From NCBI RefSeq assembly GCF_000737315.1, contig NZ_JMCB01000002.1, forward strand, positions 20,001 to 268,000: 248,000 nucleotides of DNA. The letters are read 5' to 3'. Source of the stretch: Hyalangium minutum (lineage in GTDB: Bacteria > Myxococcota > Myxococcia > Myxococcales > Myxococcaceae). The translations under genes were made by a program, and so were the position numbers. The notes under the pieces are model-generated. The model made no database searches, was not told the origin of the DNA, and was given only the letters and a program-made list of their open reading frames with translations. Shown in pieces: positions 192,081-202,140 of the stretch (position 1 is the first letter of the stretch; each line of letters begins with the position of its first letter).

Positions 192081-194231
192081 TTATTGACCGCTGTCTGCGG
192101 GGGTAGGTGCCGTGGGCATGGCCTCGGCCGGCTCAGATGGCGCGGTGGGCTTGGCGCCACTCCCGTCCAGCGCCGCCCCCCCGCTGTTGAGGTTCACCAT
192201 CATTCCGGTCACGGATACACCGGTTGCATCAATCGTGATGAAATTGCCCCCTACCTTCAGCGTGAGCCCTGTGTCCGCCTCGAGGACGATCTTGTCCGAC
192301 TTCAGGTGGATCTCGCTATCTGCCTGCAGGGCATGAATCCCGGTAGCCTTCACTTGAAGGTCCGCTCCCAACGTGATGGACCAAGTTCCGTCTATTTTTT
192401 CGTTGCGGTTGCCCACTACCGTCAGATGGCTGTCTGCGCCCACTTTTTCCGTGCGGCTGGCTTTGACAACGACGTCTGCATTGCCAGGCCCATCAATGCC
192501 GCCCACCAGAAGCTTCCAGTCTCCTCCGATATGGTCCTGGCTATTGCGGTGGACCTTCAGGTTTTTGTCCCGGTAGACCATCTCGTTCTGGTCGCCGACC
192601 TTGCCGTTCTTGCTCTCGGAACCGATGGTCTGATGCCGGTCATGGAGGATGTTCTCAAGCGAGTCGTTTTTGACGTGCACGTCCATGTTGCGCTCGGCGT
192701 GCACGAAGAGCTGCTCGGACTTCTTGCGGTCCTCGAAGCGGATTTCGTTGTAGCCATCTCCGCCCTTGGAACTGTTCGATTTGAGCGTGCTCTTGGTCTT
192801 CTGGTCGGGGAGCTTGTATGGCGGAGGATTGTCACCGTTGTACACGCGCCCGGTGATGATCGGTCGGTCCGGATCTCCCTCGATGAAGTCGACAATGACC
192901 TCGTGACCGATTCGCGGAATGTAGATGGCCCCCCAATGCTGACCCGCCCAGGCGTGGCTCACGCGGATCCAGCACGAGCTGTTCTCGTCCTTCTTCCCCT
193001 CGCGATCCCAGTGGAACTGGACTTTGACGCGGCCGTGCTCATCCGTGTGAATCTCCTCGTTCTTTGGACCGACCACGACGGCGGTCTGCACCCCCCGGAC
193101 GATGGGTTTCGGTGTCACTCGAAGAGGCCGGTAGGGTGTCTTCGCCACGATGCAGGAGAAGTGGTTGGAGTAGCTGAAGTCGCCTCCGCCGGATTCCTCG
193201 TCCAACACCTGGGGCTGATAGCCTTGATGCCCCACGCTGGTGATGAGATATCGGGTGTTGAAGTCGCCGCGCGTGTGATCCGCCAGGGTGAACATGAAGC
193301 CTGGCGTGAGGCGCTCGCAGTCGCTCTCGCCGAACCCTGTCTTGCGGACCGTCTGCCACTCCTCGAGCCGGATTTGGGCAATCGTCTCGCCCTTGGCGGT
193401 AGATCCCCGCCCTGGCAACTGGTACTCGCCAGGGTAGTCGTACACCATGAGATCTGGGTCCTTCTCGGCCTGGAACTTGCCCTCGGTGGACAGCGTGGGC
193501 TTCTTGAAATTGAAGTCCCGGAGCATCACCTGGCCAGGCTGGATCTCCTCGCTGAAGCGGAACCGTTGGACGTGGTCCTCCGTGATGACAGTTCCCGAGA
193601 CGCGCCGGAACGGCACGGTCTCCCCCCGCTTGCCGGCAGGGATGGGCTTGCACGCAGCCGCGCTGTCGCCCATGACCAGGACGTGTTTCGCCGCCGAGTG
193701 CTCAAAGAAGTAGAAGATGCCGTCCTCTTCCAGTAACCGGCTGATGAATGCCCAGTCCGACTCCCGATATTGCACACAGTAGTTGCGGGGCTCGTAGGAA
193801 CCGGTCAGTGCAAATTTGAAGCAATCGCTCGGGATGCCCGCCTTCTTGAGTACTTTTGTGATGATCTGCTCGGTGGTCTCGTCCTGGAAGATGCGGTTGT
193901 CATGGCGGTGCTTGAGTTTCCACACCTGAGGAACCACGGTGACCTGGTAGATCGCGTTCCGCGGCAGGTTGTTGACCTGCTCGAAGCGGCTCACGATTCC
194001 ATGGATGAACCGCGGTTGCCCCTCACTCATCAGGCTGAGCAAGGCAGGCTTGCCCATCACGCTCGCAAAGTCGATCGCGGGGTCCTCGCAAGCAACCTCG
194101 AGCTGGAGCTCGAACTGGCTGGAGATGGACTCATGACCAGAGAACCGGATCACGAGCAGCTTCTCAGGGCACCCGGAGATGGCGAATTGAAACAACAAGA
194201 GATTGCCGGTGGTGGTAGATCTTGCGTCCAT
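192081..194231 (-). CDS. vgrG: T6SS tip protein VgrG
   Basis: VQYRESD, RVKVQFHWDR, IPRIGHEV. Confidence 0.95.
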   Translation of the reverse strand: MDARSTTTGNLLLFQFAISGCPEKLLVIRFSGHESISSQFELQLEVACEDPAIDFASVMGKPALLSLMSEGQPRFIHGIVSRFEQVNNLPRNAIYQVTVVPQVWKLKHRHDNRIFQDETTEQIITKVLKKAGIPSDCFKFALTGSYEPRNYCVQYRESDWAFISRLLEEDGIFYFFEHSAAKHVLVMGDSAAACKPIPAGKRGETVPFRRVSGTVITEDHVQRFRFSEEIQPGQVMLRDFNFKKPTLSTEGKFQAEKDPDLMVYDYPGEYQLPGRGSTAKGETIAQIRLEEWQTVRKTGFGESDCERLTPGFMFTLADHTRGDFNTRYLITSVGHQGYQPQVLDEESGGGDFSYSNHFSCIVAKTPYRPLRVTPKPIVRGVQTAVVVGPKNEEIHTDEHGRVKVQFHWDREGKKDENSSCWIRVSHAWAGQHWGAIYIPRIGHEVIVDFIEGDPDRPIITGRVYNGDNPPPYKLPDQKTKSTLKSNSSKGGDGYNEIRFEDRKKSEQLFVHAERNMDVHVKNDSLENILHDRHQTIGSESKNGKVGDQNEMVYRDKNLKVHRNSQDHIGGDWKLLVGGIDGPGNADVVVKASRTEKVGADSHLTVVGNRNEKIDGTWSITLGADLQVKATGIHALQADSEIHLKSDKIVLEADTGLTLKVGGNFITIDATGVSVTGMMVNLNSGGAALDGSGAKPTAPSEPAEAMPTAPTPADSGQ

Positions 194232-194311
194232 AGGAAGGGTCCTCTGCAAAGGCGAAGCGTGGGTGCAGCGGATAGAGTCAGTGAACGGGACGGGCGTGGG
194301 CTTGGAAGCGC

Positions 194312-195040
194312 TCAGCCACCAAGGACAGGAGAGAGGCGGACGTAGCGGCGGCCTTGGACTTGCTCGAGCATGAATGCAGCGACGTCGGCCCGGGAGATGC
194401 CTTCGGGAACTTCGGCCCAGCCGACGGAGACTTCGTAGTTTCCGCGGGCAGGCTCATCCGTCAGCCACGTGGGCCGGACGAGCACCCACTCCAGGGGCAA
194501 CCCGCGGATGGAGTCCAACTGCTGCTCCCAGGCATTGACGCCGGGCGTTCCAAGGAACGGGGCGAGCAATCTGCCCAACAGCCCTCGGCGAACCCAGCCT
194601 TCCTTTTTCGGCGGAGGAGCCAGGCAGATGAGCCGATAGACCCGGTACTTCTGCATCGCAGCCACGATGTTTTCCGTGGCTTTGAGCAGCGCTTCAGCCC
194701 CCTTGCGCCCTGGGAACCCGAGCGCGGAGAGCACGGCTCTTTGCCCTAGCATGGCCGCATCCACCGCGTCTGGATTCAGCACATCGCCTTCGATGACATG
194801 GAGTTTGGGATGCCTCGCCGGCAGTGCTCTTCGGTCCCGTACGAAGGCTGTGACGGTATGCCCCGCGGACAAGGCCTGATTGACCACGTGGCGCCCCGTT
194901 CGCCCCGAGGCTCCAAAGACGAGCAATGGGACTGGCAACTCCTCGGCTTTCTGTTCACGGGTCGGTCCGTAGGCAACCGTGTTCCCGAGTCCAATGACGG
195001 AGACGGTAAACATGTCGTCTGGCTTGTCCATGGTGAACAC
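194312..195040 (-). CDS. NAD(P)-binding Rossmann protein (SDR/BVR-B-like)
   Basis: FGASGRTG, WVLVRP, ISRADVA. Confidence 0.85.
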   Translation of the reverse strand: MFTMDKPDDMFTVSVIGLGNTVAYGPTREQKAEELPVPLLVFGASGRTGRHVVNQALSAGHTVTAFVRDRRALPARHPKLHVIEGDVLNPDAVDAAMLGQRAVLSALGFPGRKGAEALLKATENIVAAMQKYRVYRLICLAPPPKKEGWVRRGLLGRLLAPFLGTPGVNAWEQQLDSIRGLPLEWVLVRPTWLTDEPARGNYEVSVGWAEVPEGISRADVAAFMLEQVQGRRYVRLSPVLGG

Positions 195041-195056
195041 TCCTTGTTCATGGGGA

Positions 195057-196088
195057 CTACGGCCGGACTTCCGCTGTCTGCGCGGCAGGAACAGGGGGCA
195101 CGCCCATCGGCTTCGGCTGGAGCGGTGCCTCCAGGGGGGTTGGAGAGGAGGCAGGCGTCCAGAGCTTCGCGCCCGCCAGTAGCTCCGGCTCCATCAGCTT
195201 CACCCACAGCGAGGGGATCGTCCCCACCAGCCGGGCATTCTTCACTGCAAGCACGCGCTGGGCCTGCGCGCGCCGGTACAGCAGCGGCGGCAGCGAGGGC
195301 TCTTGAGGATCCAGGTTGTGCATCACCACCTGCTCGTCGAGCACGATGCCCTCGGGCTTCACGGCCAACGTCGAGGTGAACTCGACCTTGCGCTGCAGGC
195401 CGTTGGGCAGCGTGAGCGTTTCCTCTCGGCTCAAGGGGAACCACGCAGGGCCCAGGCAGGATCCATCCTCGCTGCTCGACACGGCCTCGGCGAAGAAGCG
195501 GCCCTGGCGCAGCGGCAGCACGCGCGCCATGCGGCGGCAAACGGGCGGACCCTCATCCGTGCAGACATCCCCCTCCGCCACCAGCACGGTGATGTCCCCG
195601 GCCTGCTCCAGGCGCAGGCGCGACTGGCGCGGGTAGGCGCGCAAGCTTCCCAGCGCACGGACGACAAAGCCTTGCGAGGTCCGCTCGACCAGCCCGACAG
195701 GCCCCAGTCCCTCTCCATTGTCGAACCGGCGTGCGACGACCCAGACCAACCGGAGGTCGGCGCGCACGGTTTCCAGCACGAGATCCTCCTCGGTGAGCCG
195801 TCCCGGAGGCGGGAGCGCCTTGGGCTCCGGGCCGGACTCGCGGCACTCCGCCGCCTCGGGCTCCCGCCACATGACGGGTACTCCCGAGCAGTCCACGGTG
195901 GGAGAGGGAGCAACACCCTGCTCGCGGCTGAACCCATGCAACAGCAGGGCGAACCAGTCGTCCGGGGTGGGCACGATGCGATCGGACATCGCGGCCTCGG
196001 CGATGCACAGCTTGGGCTGAGGCCGCGTCGAGCAGGCGGCGAAGAGGCTGCAAAGTCCTGCGATGACAAGGATTGGCTTCGTGTTCAT
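195057..196088 (-). CDS. lipoprotein in T6SS cluster
   Basis: FAAC lipobox. Confidence 0.6.
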   Translation of the reverse strand: MNTKPILVIAGLCSLFAACSTRPQPKLCIAEAAMSDRIVPTPDDWFALLLHGFSREQGVAPSPTVDCSGVPVMWREPEAAECRESGPEPKALPPPGRLTEEDLVLETVRADLRLVWVVARRFDNGEGLGPVGLVERTSQGFVVRALGSLRAYPRQSRLRLEQAGDITVLVAEGDVCTDEGPPVCRRMARVLPLRQGRFFAEAVSSSEDGSCLGPAWFPLSREETLTLPNGLQRKVEFTSTLAVKPEGIVLDEQVVMHNLDPQEPSLPPLLYRRAQAQRVLAVKNARLVGTIPSLWVKLMEPELLAGAKLWTPASSPTPLEAPLQPKPMGVPPVPAAQTAEVRP

Positions 196089-196138
196089 GAGGGTCTCAAG
196101 TCTGGAGAGGGGGGATCCAGTCGGCGGGCGTCGAGTGA

Positions 196139-197182
196139 TCATGCAGCCCCCGGAACGGACAGCCGGTTCTGGCGATTCGTGCCCAGCCACGTGTCCCGGC
196201 CGAGCTTCGAGGCCCAGCCGGTAGTGAGGCTGAAGGTATGGGAGAGGCTCTCGGCGAGGATGAGCTCGAAGGTGTATTCGAGCGGATCCCGGACGAAGAG
196301 CGAGACGATCTCGCGCGCGAGCGGGTACAAGTCCCCGTCCGCCATGAGGCGGCGCCAGGCTCGCGGGGAGAGCGGGCCGATTTCCACCTGGAAGCGCCCC
196401 ATGCGGTCGAATGCCCTGCCGCCTAGCAGCATGTTGCGCCCGAGCAGGTTGTTGACCACGCCCAGCTGCGCGCGAGCGTCGATGTCTACCCAGCGGCCCA
196501 CGAACTGCCGGACGGTGACACGTGCACCCTCTAGTTCCTCGGAGAGCACCTCCTGCAAGGCAATCTCCAGCTTTTCGGCTGTGCGGATGCGGCTGACCAA
196601 CAGGGAGGCGATCCGCAAGAGCCGCCAAGGCGGCAGAATCCCAGGCCAGGTTCGCTCGTACGTGTCGAAGCCCGACAGAGCCAGGAGGCGGCGGGACCAC
196701 TGATCGGTGCAGCTCGCCGTCAGCTCGCGGGTAACGCGGTATCGCGATTCGATGCGATACAGGAGTGACAGGAGCCGGTGATGAAACAGGTCCAGGAACT
196801 CCCGCTGTGTCGCGTCATCCGGATCCTCCTGGGCCACCTCCTCAGCCATGAAGAGCGGCAGAGGCGAGGCAGAGCCTGTGAGTCCCAAGAAGGTCGTCGA
196901 GACCTCGAACAGGGGCCGCCGGCTGAACTCATCGTCCTGACGAACGGGCACCTGCCGGAGCACGACCGCACTGACATCGCTCGAAGAGAAACCGAGCGAC
197001 GGATCATGCCGGAAGCGGATGCGCTCCTCGTTCACCGGCCCCAGCTCGCCTACGCGAGCTGCGTCCGAGGTGAGGCGCTCGAGGAACGCCACCAGCGGGA
197101 AGAACCCTGGCCGACGAGGCGCCCGGAGGATGATCTCCGACGCCTCTACAAGGTCAACTGGGAGCCGTTCCGCGGTGGCCAC
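196139..197182 (-). CDS. tssG: T6SS baseplate TssG
   Basis: FLGLTGSASPLP, FLDLFHHR. Confidence 0.9.
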   Translation of the reverse strand: MATAERLPVDLVEASEIILRAPRRPGFFPLVAFLERLTSDAARVGELGPVNEERIRFRHDPSLGFSSSDVSAVVLRQVPVRQDDEFSRRPLFEVSTTFLGLTGSASPLPLFMAEEVAQEDPDDATQREFLDLFHHRLLSLLYRIESRYRVTRELTASCTDQWSRRLLALSGFDTYERTWPGILPPWRLLRIASLLVSRIRTAEKLEIALQEVLSEELEGARVTVRQFVGRWVDIDARAQLGVVNNLLGRNMLLGGRAFDRMGRFQVEIGPLSPRAWRRLMADGDLYPLAREIVSLFVRDPLEYTFELILAESLSHTFSLTTGWASKLGRDTWLGTNRQNRLSVPGAA

Positions 197183-198888
197183 GTGTACTCCATGTGTGAA
197201 GGCTGGAGCCGGATGCCCAGCTCATTGAAGGAATTGACGGTCACGTTCGAGGCGAACAGCTCGTCGAGGATGCAGCCGAAGAGGAACGCGTCCCCGGCTC
197301 CTAGAAAGCTCGTCTCATCGAGCGCCGCCGTGACGCGGTTGCCGCGCAGCGGGCTGCCCTCGAGGAAGCGCGTCCCCGCTCGGACCTCGACGGAGCGGAT
197401 GGCGTTGATGCGCAGCCGGGTGGCCCGCGCCGCCAGGTCATCCGTGAGCCCCTTGAAGTTGTAGAGCTCGAGCAGCCGGCGCAGCACCTCCACATCCGAG
197501 AGGGTCTGCTGGTTCACCGCCAGGTGAGAGAGCAGCCGCCAGTGGAGTTCCGTGCCGAGTGGCGCACGCGCGGGCCGGCTCACGGGGGAGATGTTCTTGA
197601 AGCGCGCGTTCGTCGGAGAGGTGATGGTGGGCAGGTGGACATCCCCCACCTGCAGCCGCGTGGGGAGCGAGCGGTGCGTACACGTGAGCTCGATGGACAG
197701 CGTCTCCTCCTCGATGGAGGGCATCACGTCCCGGGGCGTCTCCAGCGACAGATACGTGTCGATGCCGTCGTCAATGGGCGACGCCGCCCTGCGCAGGCGG
197801 TAGAAGGCAGGCTCCACGCCGTGCCCCGCGGCGTGGGCAAACTCGAAGAAGGGGCGGTAGGTGCGCCGCTCGTTGGCCCCGGCCTGCAGGCCGATGACCG
197901 AGTCCACCGAGAAGATCTCCATGTGCCTCGGCTCGACGCCTTCGGCGCGCAGGAGCTGGTCGTGGGACAGCACACTGTGGCGCAGAGGGTGCGCGGAGGC
198001 AGAGAAGAGGTTGACCGCAGGCGTGCAGTAGAGGCGGAACATCTCCTGGCCCACGCGCGCCTCCAAAGGGGGCGGGCGCTCGAACTGGAAGGCCAGCTCG
198101 AACCGGTCGCTCGCGATGTGCTTTGCGGCATCCAGCCCCCGTACCTCGAAGAAGAGGAACTTCTCCGGCAGGGTGAAGTACTCCTGGAGCTGCCGATAGC
198201 CCTCGGCGGAGCGAGGCCAGGGCAGCATGCGGAAATCCCGATCGAACCCCAGCGGGTGGATGGCCCGAGGTCCGAGCTGGACGGACTTCCCGAAGTCGTT
198301 GTTGACCTGGACGCCGCGGCAGTAGCGCAGCAGCCACAGGAGCATGAGGGCGCTGGTGGCCAGCTCGGCGTGGATGAACAGCCGCAGCCCCTCGGCCCGG
198401 AAGATCTCCGGATAAATCTGCTCGTGGGCCTGGAAGAAGAGCCGCAGCACGGGGGAGGTGACAGACGACTTGTCGAGCAGCGCCTCCTCCAGCGTCAGCG
198501 GGAGCAGCTCCACATCCGAGGTGGTGCGGAAGACGCACGAGGTGCCATCGAGCGGGCGTGCCCCAATCTCCACCCCGGCGGGGATGGTGGCCCGGCCGCG
198601 CAGCGCCTTCACCTGCGGGGTGAACTCGATGACGGTGGAGGCGGGGACGGGCCGCAGGTAGTGCGGCAGCAGCAGGTCCGTCAGGACATGGACCATCTCT
198701 GGCACGTCGTCGTCCACGCGCTCGCGGATGCGCGCCGTCAGGAAGGCGAAGCCCTCGAGCAGCCGCTCGACGTCGGGATCCGCGCCACGCTCCACGAGCA
198801 TGCCCGCGACGCCGGGGTTGGCCAGGCCGAACGCGCGCCCCATTTCCCGGAGGTAGGCCAACTCGCTCAAGAAGTACTTGCTGAACAT
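197146..198888 (-). CDS. tssF: T6SS baseplate TssF
   Basis: DPDVERLLEGFAF, CTPAVNLF. Confidence 0.93.
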   Translation of the reverse strand: MFSKYFLSELAYLREMGRAFGLANPGVAGMLVERGADPDVERLLEGFAFLTARIRERVDDDVPEMVHVLTDLLLPHYLRPVPASTVIEFTPQVKALRGRATIPAGVEIGARPLDGTSCVFRTTSDVELLPLTLEEALLDKSSVTSPVLRLFFQAHEQIYPEIFRAEGLRLFIHAELATSALMLLWLLRYCRGVQVNNDFGKSVQLGPRAIHPLGFDRDFRMLPWPRSAEGYRQLQEYFTLPEKFLFFEVRGLDAAKHIASDRFELAFQFERPPPLEARVGQEMFRLYCTPAVNLFSASAHPLRHSVLSHDQLLRAEGVEPRHMEIFSVDSVIGLQAGANERRTYRPFFEFAHAAGHGVEPAFYRLRRAASPIDDGIDTYLSLETPRDVMPSIEEETLSIELTCTHRSLPTRLQVGDVHLPTITSPTNARFKNISPVSRPARAPLGTELHWRLLSHLAVNQQTLSDVEVLRRLLELYNFKGLTDDLAARATRLRINAIRSVEVRAGTRFLEGSPLRGNRVTAALDETSFLGAGDAFLFGCILDELFASNVTVNSFNELGIRLQPSHMEYTWPPRNGSQLTL

Positions 198889-198910
198889 GAAATGCCCTCG
198901 GACTGCTGGC

Positions 198911-199306
198911 TCACCACAGATCGATTTGGCTGTTTCGCCCCAGCCGCGTGTAGAAGCGGATGGGCCGGCGGGAACCCCGGTGCACCAGTTGTGCGGAGAC
199001 CTCGAACTTGAGGCTGGTGGGGTCCAGCTCGTCAGGAACGTGAAGGACGGCGACGTTCTTCAGGCGCGGCTCGTATTCCTGGATGGCCTGCCGCAGAGAC
199101 ATCTGCATCCGCTCGATGGCGGACGGGAACGTGTGGATGATGTCGTTGAAGTCCATGATGCCAAAGCCGGGCGCCGCCACGGACTCCCCCTTGCGGGTGT
199201 TGAACAGCACGCGCAGGTGCTGGGTGACCTCCTCGACGGGATCGCCCCGCCGCGAGGTATGCACATCGCCACTCTTGATTCGGGAGAAGAGGCCGCGGGT
199301 CGCCAT
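198911..199306 (-). CDS. tssE: T6SS baseplate TssE
   Basis: LFNTRKG, IQEYEPRL. Confidence 0.88.
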   Translation of the reverse strand: MATRGLFSRIKSGDVHTSRRGDPVEEVTQHLRVLFNTRKGESVAAPGFGIMDFNDIIHTFPSAIERMQMSLRQAIQEYEPRLKNVAVLHVPDELDPTSLKFEVSAQLVHRGSRRPIRFYTRLGRNSQIDLW

Positions 199307-199366
199307 GGGTGTGGAACCTCCAGGGGAGCGCCCGATGCCGAAACGGGCGCCCCCCTGAAGCGGGAG

Positions 199367-199858
199367 CTAGCGCTGCTGGCTCCAGGAATCCTCGTGCGTC
199401 ACGCCACCGTTGGTGTACGTCCAGCTGATGGTGTGGAACACGAACGTGAGCTCCTCGAGGGCCGGATCCTTCGAGGTGGCCGGGACGATGGTGTCCGGCA
199501 CCACGTGCTTGATGGTGTTGATGCGGCCCTGCTTGAACGTCGTCGTGTAGAACTGCTCCGTCGTGCCGTCACCGGTCGGGTTCGGGCGGAAGAACTTGAA
199601 CGTCGCCTCGATGACCTGGTTCTCGCACAGCGCCTTCATCAGCAGCGGCGTGGACTTGTCGATGCGCTTACGGATGAGCAGCGGCTGGTACTGGCGCCGG
199701 CCCGTGGCGAGGCCGGAGCCGGACTCGCGCGCGGTGATGACGCCCTGCTCGTAGTAGACGCACTCGATGGAGCCTTCGCGGCCCAGGCTGACCTGGGTGC
199801 TCTCGCCCTTGATCTCCGTGCCGTTTGCCTTCAAGTAGAGATGTACTGTCTCGGCCAT
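199367..199858 (-). CDS. hcp: T6SS tube protein Hcp
   Basis: IRKRIDKSTPLL, EELTFVFHTISW. Confidence 0.93.
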   Translation of the reverse strand: MAETVHLYLKANGTEIKGESTQVSLGREGSIECVYYEQGVITARESGSGLATGRRQYQPLLIRKRIDKSTPLLMKALCENQVIEATFKFFRPNPTGDGTTEQFYTTTFKQGRINTIKHVVPDTIVPATSKDPALEELTFVFHTISWTYTNGGVTHEDSWSQQR

Positions 199859-199988
199859 TTCTGCCTCGTTGGGACTGCGGGGTGGGTTGCTGAACCGGGC
199901 CCGTTGCCGGGCCCGGCGGTGATGAGGACTTCACCGGCTGCCTGGTGCGACGACAGCCAGTCCTCTCCCGCTCCAGAGGGAGCGAGGA

Positions 199989-201476
199989 TCACTGCTTGTC
200001 GAGCTTGCCGACGAGCGACAGGGTGAAGGAGGCACCCATGTACTTGAAGTGGGGACGGACCTGGACGCTGCACCGGTACCAGCCGGGCTGGCCCTCCACG
200101 TCCTCGACGCTGACGCGCGCGTTGCGCAGCGGCCGGCGCGAGCGGACCGCCGGCGCCGGATCATCCATGTCCGCGACGTACTGGCTCAGCCAGTTGTTCA
200201 GCTCGCGCTCGAGGTCCGAGCGCTCCTTCCAGCTGCCGATCTGCTCGCGCTGGAGCACTTTGATGTAGTGCGCCAGGCGGGTCATGATGAACATGTAGGG
200301 CAACTGGGTGCTGAGCCGGTAGTTCGTCTCCGCCGCCTTGCCCTCGGGCGTACCGCCGAAGAGCTTGGGACGCTGCGTGGAGTTGGCCGAGAAGAAGGCC
200401 GCGTTGTCCGCGGACTTGCGGAACACCATGCCGATGAAGCCCTCCTCGGACAGCTCGTACTCGCGCCGCTCGGTGAGGAGCACCTCGGTGGGGATCTTCG
200501 TCTGGATCTCCCCCATGGCCTCGTAGTTGTGCAGCGGCAGGTTCTCCACCGCGCCGCCGGACTGCGGGCCGATGATGTTCGGGGCCCAGCGGAACTTGGC
200601 GAACGACGCGGCCACGCGGGTGGCCAGTGCCGTGGAGGCGGTGCCCCACAGGTATCGCTCATGGTGGCCGACGACGTCCTCGTTGTAGTTGAAGGACTTC
200701 ACCGGCACGGTGGCCTCGCCGTAGGGCAGGCGCAGCAGGAAGCGCGGCAGGCACAGCCCCACGTAGCGGCTGTCCTCGCTGTCGCGGAAGGACTGCCAGC
200801 GCGCGTACTGAGGCATCTCGAACATCGCCTTCAGGTCCTTGAGGTTCGGCAGGTTGAGGAAGCTCTTCTCGCCGAAGAACTCAGGCCCCGCGTTGGAGAT
200901 GAACGGCGCATGGGCCATGGCCGCCACCGAGGCGCACTTGGTCAGCAGCGCCATGTCCTGCGGGCCGGGCCCGAAGTCGAAATCCCCGCACATCAGCCCG
201001 TAGGGCTTGCCACCGAACACGCCATACTCGTTGGAGTAGACGAGCTTGTAGAGGCCGGACTTCACCGTCTCAGGAGCGTCCTCGAAGTCCTTGAGCAGGT
201101 CTCCCTTGGACACGTTGAGCATCTCCACGCGGATGTTCTCGCGGAAGTCCACCTTGTCGATGAGGAACTTCAGCCCGCGCCACCGGGACTCCATGGACTG
201201 GAGGGTGGGGTGGTGGAGGATCTCGTCCAGCTGGGAGCTCATCCGCCGGTCGATCTCGGCGATCATCGCGTCCACCAGCGCCTGGTCGATGCGCTCCTGG
201301 GGCCGATGGGGCGCCAGCATCTCGGTGATGAAGGCCTGGACGCCGCGGCGGGCCACGTCGTACCCCTCGTCGCGCGGCTTGAGCTTGGCCTCGGCGAGGA
201401 TGGTGTCGAGCAGCGAGCCGTCGCTCTCCACCGTGGTCTTCGAGTCGTTCTTGAGCAGGTTCTTGTCGGTATTCAT
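199989..201476 (-). CDS. tssC: T6SS sheath large subunit
   Basis: ESRWRGL, AAMAHAPF, PHFKY. Confidence 0.95.
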   Translation of the reverse strand: MNTDKNLLKNDSKTTVESDGSLLDTILAEAKLKPRDEGYDVARRGVQAFITEMLAPHRPQERIDQALVDAMIAEIDRRMSSQLDEILHHPTLQSMESRWRGLKFLIDKVDFRENIRVEMLNVSKGDLLKDFEDAPETVKSGLYKLVYSNEYGVFGGKPYGLMCGDFDFGPGPQDMALLTKCASVAAMAHAPFISNAGPEFFGEKSFLNLPNLKDLKAMFEMPQYARWQSFRDSEDSRYVGLCLPRFLLRLPYGEATVPVKSFNYNEDVVGHHERYLWGTASTALATRVAASFAKFRWAPNIIGPQSGGAVENLPLHNYEAMGEIQTKIPTEVLLTERREYELSEEGFIGMVFRKSADNAAFFSANSTQRPKLFGGTPEGKAAETNYRLSTQLPYMFIMTRLAHYIKVLQREQIGSWKERSDLERELNNWLSQYVADMDDPAPAVRSRRPLRNARVSVEDVEGQPGWYRCSVQVRPHFKYMGASFTLSLVGKLDKQ

Positions 201477-201498
201477 GGGTGGTTTTCCTCGGGAGGGG

Positions 201499-202008
201499 CT
201501 ACTGCTTCGGCGCGCTCTTCTCGTCAGCCTTCATGCCGAGCTCGCGCATGAGCGTCTGGCGGCTGTCCGCGTCGTTGAGCAGGTCCTGGAGCTTGCGGCG
201601 GAACGCGGGGATGTTGCCCAGGGGGCCCTTGAGGGCGTGCAGCGCGTGGCGCAGCCGCAGCAGCTTCTCGAGCTCCGGCACCTGGTGGACGATGCTCTCC
201701 GGGTTGAAGTCGGAGATGTTGCGGAACTGCAGCGTCACCGGCAGCGTGGCGCCCTCTTCCTGGGAGAGCTTGTCCGGCACGGAGAGCGACACCTTGAGGT
201801 TCTGCTGCGCCATCACGTCGTTGAAGTTGTCCTTGTCGACGTTGATGGGAGCCCGCTCCTCGATGGGCCGCTCATCGGGCATCCCCGTGAAGTCCCCCAT
201901 CATGAGGATCTTCAGCGGCAGCTCGACTTGCTCCTGCGCGTTGCCGGTCGCAGGTTGGTAGACGATGTTGACGCGCTCAGTGGGGGCTACGGAGGTTTCC
202001 TTGCTCAT
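201499..202008 (-). CDS. tssB: T6SS sheath small subunit
   Basis: ERVNIVY, ELPLKIL, FNPESIV. Confidence 0.95.
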   Translation of the reverse strand: MSKETSVAPTERVNIVYQPATGNAQEQVELPLKILMMGDFTGMPDERPIEERAPINVDKDNFNDVMAQQNLKVSLSVPDKLSQEEGATLPVTLQFRNISDFNPESIVHQVPELEKLLRLRHALHALKGPLGNIPAFRRKLQDLLNDADSRQTLMRELGMKADEKSAPKQ

Positions 202009-202140
202009 CTGCGGCCAATCCTTTGTTGGGTACGAGGGTTGAGGTGCGGACTGCGGTACGGCGGGTGAAAAGACAGACGGGGAGCCAGACGGCGCGCGGA
202101 GCGGCCGCGGAGTGAGGACTTCCGTGTGGACACGGCACCG